From NCBI GenBank assembly GCA_018651725.1, contig JABIDK010000019.1:3894-67893 (forward strand): a stretch of 64,000 bases of DNA, written 5' to 3'. How positions within the stretch are numbered: the first letter of the stretch is position 1; the number at the start of each line of letters is the position of its first letter. Below the pieces are notes generated by a model. The model had not been told where the DNA came from. It did no database searches and was given only the letters and a program-made list of their open reading frames with translations. Position numbers and translations under genes: made by a program. Below are positions 19,902 to 29,762 of this stretch, piece after piece. This DNA comes from Candidatus Falkowbacteria bacterium. Its GTDB lineage: Bacteria; Patescibacteriota; Patescibacteriia; JAACEG01.

Positions 19902-20953
19902 ACTAATCTTTTATTTTCTTTTTTTCTATAAATAAAATATATTCCTCCAGCGATTATTAGCATAAAAACACATAGGATTAAAAAAGACAAAAACCTGCCA
20001 AAGCTTTTAAAAAATAAACCAAAGGAGCCGAAAAGTATTGTTAAAAAATATAAAAACAATACTGCCTGTCTATGAGTAAGACCAATATCCAGAAGCTGAA
20101 AATGTAAATGTTTTTTATCGGAATAAGAAAAAGGAGATTGTCTTTTGGAAAGTCTCTTAATTATCACGAATAACAAATCAATAATTGGAATCCCCATTAC
20201 TAAAAGTGTAACTGCTATTTTTCCGTCTGTGATAATAGCTAAAACTCCAATCATAAATCCGCAGTATAAACTTCCTCCTTCTCCCAGAAAAATAGATGCT
20301 CTGTGCCAATTAAAAATTAAAAAACCAAGTAAAGCTCCAACAAAAATTATTGCCAGCATTCCAACTTCCGGTAAAATTGCCGGTCCAATAAATAAACTTA
20401 AAATAAATATAGTAATAGCGCCAATTAAAGTTATGCCGGTTGTAAGTCCATCAAGTCCGTCTAAAATTTTAGTGGTGTAGCTCATACCAAGAAGCCATAA
20501 AAAAGTAATAAGTATTGAAAGCCACTTTAAATTTTCAAAGTCTACTGTTCCACCAAAAGGGTTGGTTATATATCCAATGTTGATTCCGGAATATATTACT
20601 GCTCCAATAGCAATAATCGGCCAAATAATCTGTTTAATTGGATCAAGATTTTTTTTATCATCTAAAACTCCGCCTAAAATAATTATCCCGCTGGCGATCC
20701 AAATTCCAATCATCATTTTAAGATCAATATATTTTCCAATGATATGATCACCAAAAAAAACACTGTAGAGTGAAACTATCAAAAAACTAAAAAAAATCGC
20801 CACTCCTCCTAAGAGCGGGGTTGGTCTACTATGAATTTTCCTCCAAAAAGTCGGGCGATCAACTATTTTATATTGCCAAGCAATCCTTTTTATAAAAACA
20901 GTAAATACAATGGAAAGCAAAAAAGCGCCTCCTCCAACCAATAAATATTGCAT
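19898..20953 (-). CDS. WecA/TagO-type polyprenyl-phosphate GlcNAc-1-P transferase (MraY superfamily)
   Basis: RKIHSRPTPLLGG, GVLDD, LDGLDGL, FNWHRASIFLGEGG, HLHF. Confidence 0.9.
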   Translation of the reverse strand: MQYLLVGGGAFLLSIVFTVFIKRIAWQYKIVDRPTFWRKIHSRPTPLLGGVAIFFSFLIVSLYSVFFGDHIIGKYIDLKMMIGIWIASGIIILGGVLDDKKNLDPIKQIIWPIIAIGAVIYSGINIGYITNPFGGTVDFENLKWLSILITFLWLLGMSYTTKILDGLDGLTTGITLIGAITIFILSLFIGPAILPEVGMLAIIFVGALLGFLIFNWHRASIFLGEGGSLYCGFMIGVLAIITDGKIAVTLLVMGIPIIDLLFVIIKRLSKRQSPFSYSDKKHLHFQLLDIGLTHRQAVLFLYFLTILFGSFGLFFKSFGRFLSFLILCVFMLIIAGGIYFIYRKKENKRLV

Positions 20954-20983
20954 AATAATAAATTCACTAATAAACCGGGTATT

Positions 20984-21235
20984 TTAACCTTTTTTTTCAA
21001 GAATAAATCTGTAACCAATAACCAGTGCGATTAAAAAAGCAATTACCATAAACCAGTTAATCGGCGGGATTATAAGTAAAATAATAATAAAAATCAAAGG
21101 GATTTTAATTAAAATCTTGCCTTTTTTGTCTTTGACTACTACTCTTCTTTTAAAAATTTCGTCAAAGAATTTTTTAATGAAGCCTACGGTTTTATCGGCC
21201 GTGACATCAAATTCTTTTTTGTGTTTTGTTGGCAT
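20984..21235 (-). CDS. DUF4342-like small protein
   Basis: RRVVVKDKKGKILIKIPL followed by a hydrophobic hairpin. Confidence 0.6.
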   Translation of the reverse strand: MPTKHKKEFDVTADKTVGFIKKFFDEIFKRRVVVKDKKGKILIKIPLIFIIILLIIPPINWFMVIAFLIALVIGYRFILEKKG

Positions 21236-21839
21236 AAATTATTTTTTTATAAATTCCAAAAGGAGAAATTATTTCTCTGAAAAATAAAGTAATTATTATA
21301 GAAACAGCAGTTGCTAAGATAAAATTGTATGGCATTAAAACATAGAAACTAAAAGCGCCAAAAAAAGCAGAGCTCGCGTAGTTTGATCCATTTTTAAAGG
21401 CAAGCGGCATATCTCCCATAATAGCATCTCTTATAATCCCACCTCCAAAACCGGTTAAGACTCCTAAAAACATACAAACAATAAACGAGAGTATATAGCT
21501 ATTAAAATCTAAAAAATTAAAAACTGTTGTAACCCCGATAATAACAAAGACCGACAAACCAACAGAGTCAATAAATCTAAAAAAGGAGTACTGCTTCTTA
21601 AAAAATGTTGGGGTTAAATATATTAATACGCTTCCTAAGATAGCAACAAGTAAATAATTAACATCTTTTAAATAAAACAAAGGGACTCTTCCGATAATTA
21701 AATCCCTGATAGTTCCTCCGCCAACAGCGGTTATCACGCCTAAAAAAATCACGCCTAAAATATGCAGTTTCTCTATCTTTGCTTTATAAGCGCCGGTTAT
21801 AGCAAAGGCAAGCGTACCAATAAGGTCTAGAAAATACAT
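21207..21839 (-). CDS. TRIC/UPF0126 family membrane protein
   Basis: DLIGTLAFAITGA, TAVGGGTIRD, TGFGGGIIRD; ATG 21839 preferred as start. Confidence 0.9.
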   Translation of the reverse strand: MYFLDLIGTLAFAITGAYKAKIEKLHILGVIFLGVITAVGGGTIRDLIIGRVPLFYLKDVNYLLVAILGSVLIYLTPTFFKKQYSFFRFIDSVGLSVFVIIGVTTVFNFLDFNSYILSFIVCMFLGVLTGFGGGIIRDAIMGDMPLAFKNGSNYASSAFFGAFSFYVLMPYNFILATAVSIIITLFFREIISPFGIYKKIIYANKTQKRI

Positions 21840-21843
21840 AAAA

Positions 21844-23040
21844 TTATCCAAACATTACCCATTCCGGTTTTAAAATTAATAAAATTCCTAAAATTAAAAT
21901 TACAATTCCTCCGATTAAATTAGAGTAGCTACTATATTTTCCGTTTAGTCCAACGCTTTTTAGCGTTGTCATGGCAATAACAAAAATTAATAAATCATCA
22001 AGCAAGAAAATTAAAATATAAAGTAGCAAATATAGATAATATTTAAGTGGTGACAGGTCGGCCAGAACTAAAATCTGCGTATAAATTGCCGGCAGTCCGG
22101 CTGAACAAACCAGCTCAATCAAATTAACCGCAAAGGCTAAAACAATAATACCGGATAATGCCAGCCAAAATGATTTTTGTTCTGCAATCTCACGAAATTT
22201 ATCCATGATCTTTTGCTTCTGCCCAGGATTAGTAACTTTACAAGCTCCGCTTTTATTGGTATGCCATTCCTTTAAATGATACCCCCCGCTTGCAATTGCA
22301 ACCAGCCCGATAACAATTCTAACCGTTGCGATAACCCCTATAAATAAAAATAAATTCAGCCAAGCAGATAAAAATAAAAAATAAACTAAGGCCGAGGTTA
22401 CGATAAAAGAAGTTCCTAGAATCCACATTTTCTTTCTGTCTTTCATTCCCAAAAGTAAACTGATCAAGAAAAGAAGCACCCACATCGCACATGGATTAAA
22501 TCCATCTAGCGCCGCAATTACAATCGTAAGAAGTGGTAAAGAAAATGTTTTAGTGTTAACTTCTCCTAATAAAGGAAGATTGATCACATGAGCCTCTTCG
22601 TCCATTTTACAGACATCTTTCCCTGCTCCGTCGCCCTTTTTAACTTCTCCAACAAAATCATAACATCCGGTGATTTGATGTTCTTCAATTATATTTTTAA
22701 TTTTTGCACCGGTTGTTTTATCGTTCAAATAACCAACTACGGCTTCATCGCCAACGAGAAGGAAGGGCACGCCATACTCTTTAACCTCTAATTTTTTGGC
22801 GATATTTTGCAGTAGTTTCGCATTCTCTTTATTTTTATAGATCTCAAAGTATTTAATTTCTATATTAGGGAAATCATTTTGTAAATCAATTAAAAACTCT
22901 TTTTCCTTTTCACAGTGTGGACACCCGCTGCCATAAAACTGGGAAATATAAATAGTTTGATGATCCTCAGCTAAAGAAAAAGCGGGCATCAAAAAACAAC
23001 TAATAAGAAAAAATAAAATTAAAAATATTTTTTTAAACAT
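21844..23040 (-). CDS. Thioredoxin/glutaredoxin domain fused to a CcdA/DsbD-like membrane domain
   Basis: Signal peptide, CPHC, GVP; TM region DGFNPCAMW and ELVCSAG. Confidence 0.82.
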   Translation of the reverse strand: MFKKIFLILFFLISCFLMPAFSLAEDHQTIYISQFYGSGCPHCEKEKEFLIDLQNDFPNIEIKYFEIYKNKENAKLLQNIAKKLEVKEYGVPFLLVGDEAVVGYLNDKTTGAKIKNIIEEHQITGCYDFVGEVKKGDGAGKDVCKMDEEAHVINLPLLGEVNTKTFSLPLLTIVIAALDGFNPCAMWVLLFLISLLLGMKDRKKMWILGTSFIVTSALVYFLFLSAWLNLFLFIGVIATVRIVIGLVAIASGGYHLKEWHTNKSGACKVTNPGQKQKIMDKFREIAEQKSFWLALSGIIVLAFAVNLIELVCSAGLPAIYTQILVLADLSPLKYYLYLLLYILIFLLDDLLIFVIAMTTLKSVGLNGKYSSYSNLIGGIVILILGILLILKPEWVMFG

Positions 23041-24391
23041 AGATTAATGCCATTAGTAACCCAACTAATCCTAAGGTTGAAAAAATCACTCTTGGATGCT
23101 GGCGTTTTATTTCAACTAAAATATTAACAAGTAAAATTATTAAAGCCAAAGAAACTAAAATCTTATAGTAACCGGAACTAATATTAAACAATGGCTTAAC
23201 ATACTCTGATTGATTATGTCTCATAAAAAAATACTGCTTCAATAAAGACGGTTTAGCCGGTACGATATTATCCCAATTTATATTTCCAATAACAGTATTA
23301 CCAAATTTATCGTAAGCAGTCACATCTCCTAAAACAACCGGGTTGAAAAGTTCCGCTTCTTCTTCGTTAAAAACTATTACTGAGCCAATCCATTTATTGC
23401 TCTCTTCCTTATCTTTTTTTAAATCCAAATGATAGTTGTTAAAATCAACAGTTACCTTTTCAGCTCCACCGCTTACATAAACTGTTGCCTCAACTTTTTT
23501 TCTGTTTTCTTTATTTTTTACAACCAAATTACTTTTTAAAGAATCAATTTTTAATGTTTCTGACTTTTTCTGAATAGTTGTTCCTAATACGCTTGGTGAG
23601 GAAAAATATTGCGCAACCAAAGTAGAATCACGTCCGTTATATTCGCCACTTATTAACCCTACCCCGATTTCATTATAACGAGGTTCAATAATATTTTTAT
23701 AATGAGTTTTGCTTTTTATCCAAGCATTAACCACATCCTCAGCACTCATAAACCCCATGGCTAAATTTTCCCCGGCAACTCGATAGTTATAGTTATTATT
23801 TTCAAGCCAGTCAGCCAGTTTTTTTTCATCCGGACCGGTATGAGCAAAATATTGATGCGCAAGCATATCTTCTGCTTTTTGTGAAGCAATCTCTTCCAGT
23901 AATTTATTTTCTCGCAAAAGATTAATATCCAGCTCCGCCCTTACTTCGTTGGTTAATTTAACTATTTTCCGACCCTGCTCTTTTAAGACATCGGGCGTAA
24001 GCCAGGCCGAAACAGGCATAATAAACAAAATCGCTATTACCACAAATTTAATAACAACCGAAGATATGGCATAAAAAAACAATCTTTTTGAATGAAGAGC
24101 TTTTGGATGATAGTTGTTGCCTTTGTGTGGTACAAAAAAATCTCTTAGCTCTCCTGGCCCTAAAGGATTTCTGCCTTTTTTTATCTCTTGCCCATCACTA
24201 ACACCATCCTTATCCGTATCAGGGTTTAAAGGATCAGTGCCGTAAATATTTACCTCTTCAAAATCATTAAGTTCATCCTGATCGCTATCCTTATTAAAAG
24301 GATCAGTGCCTAACTTCTCCTCTTCTTGATCGGTAAGACCATCAGCATCAGAGTCTTTGATATATTTTGCTTTTTTTGAAAAATTAAACAT
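23033..24391 (-). CDS. CAP (SCP) domain membrane protein with N-terminal Ca-binding Asp-rich repeats
   Basis: DSDADGLTDQEE/GTDP repeats; TNEVR, YFAH, AGENLA, AWIKSKTH, EIGVG. Confidence 0.85.
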   Translation of the reverse strand: MFNFSKKAKYIKDSDADGLTDQEEEKLGTDPFNKDSDQDELNDFEEVNIYGTDPLNPDTDKDGVSDGQEIKKGRNPLGPGELRDFFVPHKGNNYHPKALHSKRLFFYAISSVVIKFVVIAILFIMPVSAWLTPDVLKEQGRKIVKLTNEVRAELDINLLRENKLLEEIASQKAEDMLAHQYFAHTGPDEKKLADWLENNNYNYRVAGENLAMGFMSAEDVVNAWIKSKTHYKNIIEPRYNEIGVGLISGEYNGRDSTLVAQYFSSPSVLGTTIQKKSETLKIDSLKSNLVVKNKENRKKVEATVYVSGGAEKVTVDFNNYHLDLKKDKEESNKWIGSVIVFNEEEAELFNPVVLGDVTAYDKFGNTVIGNINWDNIVPAKPSLLKQYFFMRHNQSEYVKPLFNISSGYYKILVSLALIILLVNILVEIKRQHPRVIFSTLGLVGLLMALIYV

Positions 24392-24486
24392 AAATTAAAC
24401 TAATTGATATTTATATTTTACATTTATAATACTAAAAAAGCAAATAAAAAAACAGCCTATTTAAACAAATAAGCTGTTAAAAAATA

Positions 24487-25260
24487 TTACTTGAAAATCT
24501 TATAAAAAATTATTCCGGCTGAGGTAGCCACATTTAATGACTCTATTTTATTGCTTGTTTTTATTTTTATAAAATCATCGGAGATCTCTTGAATATTTTT
24601 ATCTACCCCGCGGGCTTCACTTCCAAGTACGATACAAAATGTTTTTTCCTTGTCCAAAGTATCAACATCTTTTCCTTTTCGAACATTAGTAGAAAAAACC
24701 TTCATTTTTTTCTTGATTTTTTTCAGCACTTTTAAATTTTCATCAAATTCGATATTTAGCTTAAAAATAGATCCCCGAGCAGCACTCAAAGTTTTATAAT
24801 TATATAAATCAACACAATTTTCATCTAAAACAATATTTTCTATGTCAAAGGCTAAGGCTGAGCGTAAAATTGTTCCCAAATTTCCAGGATCACTAATATT
24901 GTTTAAATAAACTATTGGCTTATTATAATTAATTTTTTTATCTATCTTTTTGTAAACAGCACAGATCCCGGATAAAGTATCTAAATTAGAAAAAGATTTA
25001 TTAACAATAGTGTTAATAATATAATATTTTTCAACCCCTGACTTACTCAAGATAACTTCAAATTCTTTTTGATTTTTCTCTACAAACTCTTCAGTAACAA
25101 ATAAATCTTCAAAAATAAAACCTGCTTTTACAGCGTCTTTAATAATTTTTAAATTCTCAATAAAAAATTTAGAGTATTCTTCTCGATACTTTTTTTGGTT
25201 TAATTTTTTTAAAAATTTTATTTTTTCGTTATCTTTACTAGTAATTTTAAGCTCTTTCAT
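24487..25260 (-). CDS. TrmH/SpoU family RNA methyltransferase
   Basis: DPGNLGTILRSA, LGSEARG, ESLNVATSAGI; start MKELKITS. Confidence 0.92.
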   Translation of the reverse strand: MKELKITSKDNEKIKFLKKLNQKKYREEYSKFFIENLKIIKDAVKAGFIFEDLFVTEEFVEKNQKEFEVILSKSGVEKYYIINTIVNKSFSNLDTLSGICAVYKKIDKKINYNKPIVYLNNISDPGNLGTILRSALAFDIENIVLDENCVDLYNYKTLSAARGSIFKLNIEFDENLKVLKKIKKKMKVFSTNVRKGKDVDTLDKEKTFCIVLGSEARGVDKNIQEISDDFIKIKTSNKIESLNVATSAGIIFYKIFK

Positions 25261-25261
25261 A

Positions 25262-25615
25262 TTATTGCGCCTTTTTAAATCTAACACTAAAAAGCGGTTC
25301 ATATTGATTTTCCTCTTGATCGATTACCTCTACTTTTTCTCCTTTTATAAGTTGATTTAAAGCCAAATCACTTAATATTTCTTTGTCTGTCTCGGCCTCT
25401 AACTTTAAATCTTCCAGTCTGGAAAATTCGGTGTTAAAATCTGCTTTAACATTTTCTTCGATTTGTTTTTTCTTTTCTTTTAGTTCTTTTAATTTTTCTG
25501 TAAGCTCGTAATATTCATGAGAATTTTGTAAAGCTTCCTTGTAAAGAACCCTGATTTTTCGTTGTTCTTTTTTCGTTTTTTGAATTCTAGTGAAAATTTC
25601 TTGTAGTTTTGGCAT
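25262..25615 (-). CDS. Conserved coiled-coil hypothetical protein
   Basis: 117-aa ORF in the operon ending QYEPLFSVRFKK. Confidence 0.7.
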   Translation of the reverse strand: MPKLQEIFTRIQKTKKEQRKIRVLYKEALQNSHEYYELTEKLKELKEKKKQIEENVKADFNTEFSRLEDLKLEAETDKEILSDLALNQLIKGEKVEVIDQEENQYEPLFSVRFKKAQ

Positions 25616-25638
25616 AGTGTTTAATTGTGAATTATGAA

Positions 25639-26571
25639 TTACTTATCAAATATCTTTGTTAATTTTGGGATAACTTGTTTTTTGCGCGAAATTATCTTAT
25701 CGATATAAACTTTATTATTTTTAAGTTTGACTTTAAAGGCTTTTTCGAATCCACTAGCATCTTCAGAAGCAACTAAAAATCTAGAGCCTTCTTTTATTAT
25801 ATCTGTAATAAATAAAATTATGCTGTGATAATCTCCTGATTTTTTTAAATCATTAAGACTTTTTAGTAAATTATCCTCCAACGAGTTAAGCTCTTCCAAA
25901 TTAACGGTTTCCACTTGTCCGATTCCAAACCTCCCAACCTTAAAAACAAAATCTTTAAAATCACTTTTAATTATTTCTTTTGGAGACAAGTCACTGACAC
26001 TGGAGCGAACCTTAAAGATCTCCATTCCATATTCTTTCCAATCTTTTATTTCTGCAATTTCTGCTAGCTTTTCAATTATTTCTTTGTCTTTTTCAGTGCA
26101 AGTTGGGGACTTTGTGATAACAGTATCAACTAAAATAGCACTAAGTATAAGTCCGGCTAAATTTTTATTTATTTTAATATTATTTTTAAAATAACAATGC
26201 GCAATTATACTAGCACTTGCTCCCCACGGCAAAACCTTAAAAACAATCAGTTCACTATATTTAAAATCAACTTTATGATGATCTAAAACCTCAACGATCT
26301 CTGCACCCTCTCTCCCGTCAGCTGATTGAGAAACTTCATTGTGATCCACTAAAATAACTTTTTTATTCTTTAAATCTTTTAAAATTTTTGGTTTTTCAAA
26401 GCCAAATTTCTCCAGAACATATTCTGTCTCTTTGTTAATTATCCCAGCCACAACTGGAACATAAAAATTAACTCCTTCCAGCTTATTTTTAAATTGAGCA
26501 TAACTAATCGCTCCAGCCACACTATCTAAATCAGGTGACTTATGCCCAATAACATAAATTTTTTCTTGCAT
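25639..26571 (-). CDS. ppaC: Mn-dependent inorganic pyrophosphatase (family II)
   Basis: GHKSPDLDS, LVDHNE, DHH, SRKKQVIP. Confidence 0.95.
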   Translation of the reverse strand: MQEKIYVIGHKSPDLDSVAGAISYAQFKNKLEGVNFYVPVVAGIINKETEYVLEKFGFEKPKILKDLKNKKVILVDHNEVSQSADGREGAEIVEVLDHHKVDFKYSELIVFKVLPWGASASIIAHCYFKNNIKINKNLAGLILSAILVDTVITKSPTCTEKDKEIIEKLAEIAEIKDWKEYGMEIFKVRSSVSDLSPKEIIKSDFKDFVFKVGRFGIGQVETVNLEELNSLEDNLLKSLNDLKKSGDYHSIILFITDIIKEGSRFLVASEDASGFEKAFKVKLKNNKVYIDKIISRKKQVIPKLTKIFDK

Positions 26572-26830
26572 AGAATTTTTGTTATTTAAAATCTAAATTT
26601 ATAATAACTTTACTATAGCAAATCTAATAAATTTGCCAAGACATAATTTCGATATGTTGAATTTTTGAATTTATAAATAAAAAAAATCCCATTATTTTAA
26701 AACGGAAATTTTTAATAGAAAAGATACCTAACCCCTTTTCCCTTGCAATCTTCGAAACCATGCTATACTTCCTGATTTTACAGAGGAAGACCAAAAAACA
26801 CCGTAAGATCATTAAAAATGAAAGAGTTAT

Positions 26831-28012
26831 TTAATAAATACCTAATTCTATCCGACCTGTCGCCCCGCATTCACCACACGACGAGCTGCGGGCACAACAC
26901 TGGTATGGGTGTCCATACTGTCCAGTGGGGCTTACCCAACTGCCGGGGTTGCAACTTTCGGAACATGAATCTAACCATGCGATGTAGCAATTTCCTTTAC
27001 AATCGTCTATATTACACGCTCGATCCTGGAATGATGTCGGGGTCAGGGTTGTAGTATATTGGCCGCATGAATCCCCACCGACAGTGGAACCGTTGTATCG
27101 TTGCCAGTTACCTGCTTGTTGCCAACCAGAGGGGACATTTAAATTACTTCCCGTCTTCTTGCATATAGTTCCTCCACTAACCGAAACTACATTTCCATTA
27201 ATGCTGTCACAATCACATGTACTATGACTACTACCTCCAAACGTTAACGAAACCCTAGCAATACATGTTCCTTGGCAACAGTAACCAATTTCGCATTCAG
27301 AACTACCAGAACACTTAGCCCCATCAGGTTTTAACAAAGTTATACTATTCGAAGCTATCGATAAATTACTGCTCTTGCTCGTATAAGAATTAAAATCCGC
27401 ATCCGTGGTTTCATTCCAGTTCTCTATCGGATACTCTAAAGCTATTGTCTCTCCGGCTTCTATTCCACTATCTTTAGCAGAATATTTAAACCAATCCGAT
27501 CCGTGTCCGCTGGAGTGATGGGCGATTGCGGAGCTTAACTCTGTCCAAGATTCTTGGACTAGGCTGTAACCGGCAGCGGCTATTTTTTCGGTTGGGCCCA
27601 TCAGGAAGTTTGTTATCATTGTACTGAAGGATAATATTAATACTATTGTGGCTAATCCTGCATAGGAGAATACTTTAGCGTGTCTTTGGGCTTTTTTGAA
27701 TTGGGAATATGGGACAGGGCATGATATGGCTTGGTGTTGGTTGTAGAGGAGATTGAAGGCTATGGCGGGGTCGCCGAAGATGGCGATGATTTGTTCGGCG
27801 ATGTTTAAGGTGATATCAATAAAAAAAGATAAGATACCAAAGTAAAAAACTTTGAGTCTGGAAGCAGTTATCTTTAAAATCGACAAACGAATAATCCCCT
27901 TACCCTCAAGATTTTCATTTTTTAAGATTAAGCTTTGGTTGAGTAGAGCTTTTTTAATTTTTTCGTCTAACTTTAAAGAGATTGATTTTAATTTTTGGTA
28001 AAAATTAAACAT
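26831..28012 (-). CDS. Membrane-anchored protein with a Cys-rich extracellular C-terminal domain
   Basis: TM AGLATIVLILSFSTMI; numerous Cys after LKPDGAKC; ends RIELGIY. Confidence 0.75.
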   Translation of the reverse strand: MFNFYQKLKSISLKLDEKIKKALLNQSLILKNENLEGKGIIRLSILKITASRLKVFYFGILSFFIDITLNIAEQIIAIFGDPAIAFNLLYNQHQAISCPVPYSQFKKAQRHAKVFSYAGLATIVLILSFSTMITNFLMGPTEKIAAAGYSLVQESWTELSSAIAHHSSGHGSDWFKYSAKDSGIEAGETIALEYPIENWNETTDADFNSYTSKSSNLSIASNSITLLKPDGAKCSGSSECEIGYCCQGTCIARVSLTFGGSSHSTCDCDSINGNVVSVSGGTICKKTGSNLNVPSGWQQAGNWQRYNGSTVGGDSCGQYTTTLTPTSFQDRACNIDDCKGNCYIAWLDSCSESCNPGSWVSPTGQYGHPYQCCARSSSCGECGATGRIELGIY

Positions 28013-28104
28013 ATGATAAAAATCTAATATAAATTTATATTAACACTTTTTTCTAAAAATGAAAAAGGCTAGAGTTATCCATAACATTAAAAATCTAAAC
28101 GACA

Positions 28105-28140
28105 AGATCCCTCGACTCTCTCCGCTCGCTCGGGATGACA
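28105..28140. repeat. REP-like palindrome (GTCATCCCGAGCG...AGGGATCT type)
   Basis: Minus strand tgtcatcccgagcgagcggagagagtcgagggatct; GC-rich hairpin in an AT-rich spacer. Confidence 0.65.
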
Positions 28141-28155
28141 ACAGAGTCTGTATTA

Positions 28156-29373
28156 TCATCGTATCATTTCCTGATATTTTTTAATCTCTTTAAAAAATCT
28201 TTCTTTATTTTCTTGTTTGATTGGCTTTCCTGGTGGTAAAATTTCTCGGAGAGGATTAATTTTTGCTCCGTTTTTTACCATTTCGTAGTGCAAATGAGGG
28301 CCGGTTGAGAAGCCGGTTGAGCCTACATATCCGATTATTTGTCCTTGTTTTACCTTCTGGCCCGTTCTAACGGCTATTTTGGACTGATGAGCGTAATTTG
28401 TTGAATAAGTGGAGTTGTGTCTAATTTTCGTTAAATACCCATAACCAACGCTGCTCCAGCCGGCAAAAGCGACTGTTCCGTCTCCAACGCTCCTAATTGG
28501 CGTTCCAGTTTTGGCGGCGTAATCAATCGCCCTATGCCCGGTTGCAGTGTTAAAAGCCTCAACATAACGACTGCCGGTTGTAAATCCTGAGGAGATATAT
28601 TTAAAAGAAACCGGGGCTTTTAAAAACATCTTTTGAACAGAGTTGCCTTGTTCATCAAAATATCCTTTATTGTCTTCTGATTCTTCAAAATAATAAACCT
28701 CGAAATTAACACCATCGTTAATATATTTACCAGCCAAAACTCTACCCGGCATTACATATTCACCGTCCAAATATTTTTCTTCGTAAACAAATTTAAATTT
28801 ATCACCAACTCTTGGGTCCATGGCAAAATCAATACTCCACTGAAAAGCATTGGCAAGCTCTATAATCGCTCGCGTATCAATATTATTATTGATAGCCGCC
28901 TCGTACATTGATGACTGTACTTTACCTTCGGCTACTTTTATTTTTGTTTTATAGTCTATAGGCTTAATCTCTGCTTGCCACTCTCCGTCCTGATCTTTTC
29001 TAACGTATAGTTTTTCTTCTGTATTAACCTCATAGTCTAAGCCTTTACATTCTTCGGTCTCTTTGTCGTAAATTAACTCAATAAATCTCCCAACCCGAAT
29101 ATTAGCAAGATCATACAACTCTTGCGAAGTACTATAGATATCTTGAGCAACAGACGTGTCCAGATCAGCTTCTTTCATGAGAACCCCATAGGTAGACCCC
29201 GATTTGATTTCAATCTCCACCACTTTATCCGCTTTGGCTGGATGAGCTAATAAAGATATGGCTTCTTTTGAACCATTAAAATCATTATCAAAACCAGGAT
29301 TTGAATACCAATTAAAAAAAGAAAATCCTGCGACAATCAAAAAAATTGATATTGTATAGATATATTTCTTCAT
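28156..29373 (-). CDS. M23 family peptidoglycan DD-endopeptidase (MepM-like)
   Basis: HRAIDYAA, YAHQS, GSTGFSTGPHLHYE; N-terminal TM. Confidence 0.93.
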   Translation of the reverse strand: MKKYIYTISIFLIVAGFSFFNWYSNPGFDNDFNGSKEAISLLAHPAKADKVVEIEIKSGSTYGVLMKEADLDTSVAQDIYSTSQELYDLANIRVGRFIELIYDKETEECKGLDYEVNTEEKLYVRKDQDGEWQAEIKPIDYKTKIKVAEGKVQSSMYEAAINNNIDTRAIIELANAFQWSIDFAMDPRVGDKFKFVYEEKYLDGEYVMPGRVLAGKYINDGVNFEVYYFEESEDNKGYFDEQGNSVQKMFLKAPVSFKYISSGFTTGSRYVEAFNTATGHRAIDYAAKTGTPIRSVGDGTVAFAGWSSVGYGYLTKIRHNSTYSTNYAHQSKIAVRTGQKVKQGQIIGYVGSTGFSTGPHLHYEMVKNGAKINPLREILPPGKPIKQENKERFFKEIKKYQEMIR

Positions 29374-29389
29374 AAATTAAACCTGTTTT

Positions 29390-29752
29390 TTATTCTTCGT
29401 TTTCTATTTCTTCCATTCGCTCCTCTGCTTTTTGGTTTTCCTTACTTGGTCTTCCTTGTATTTTTTCTTTATGTCTACGAAGCACAACTTTCCCATGGTC
29501 TTTTGTTTTATCGATTGCCTTTAAAAGTTTCTTAGCTCCTTTTCTAATTCGTAAAATTTTGCCAGGAACCTTAATATTAGCTTCGCAAAAAAATATCTCT
29601 CCTTTTTGATGATGCTTTGAATCTACTCCAATTTCTACACGCGCCTCTATAATATTATTAAAATATCTGTCCAAACAACTTATTTTTTCATTCACATAAT
29701 CTTTAATCTGAGGGGTTAACTCAATGTTTGTAGCTTTGATGTTGATGTTCAT
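29390..29752 (-). CDS. hpf: Ribosome hibernation factor HPF/RaiA
   Basis: MNINIKATNIELTPQIKDYVNEKI...AID. Confidence 0.85.
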   Translation of the reverse strand: MNINIKATNIELTPQIKDYVNEKISCLDRYFNNIIEARVEIGVDSKHHQKGEIFFCEANIKVPGKILRIRKGAKKLLKAIDKTKDHGKVVLRRHKEKIQGRPSKENQKAEERMEEIENEE

Positions 29753-29762
29753 AAATTTGTTA

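Noticed and set aside
26818-27054. Diversity-generating retroelement target, or a real plus-strand 78-aa gene
   Set aside because: No reverse transcriptase or TR/VR pair is visible in the window, and the ORF is antisense to a longer gene.
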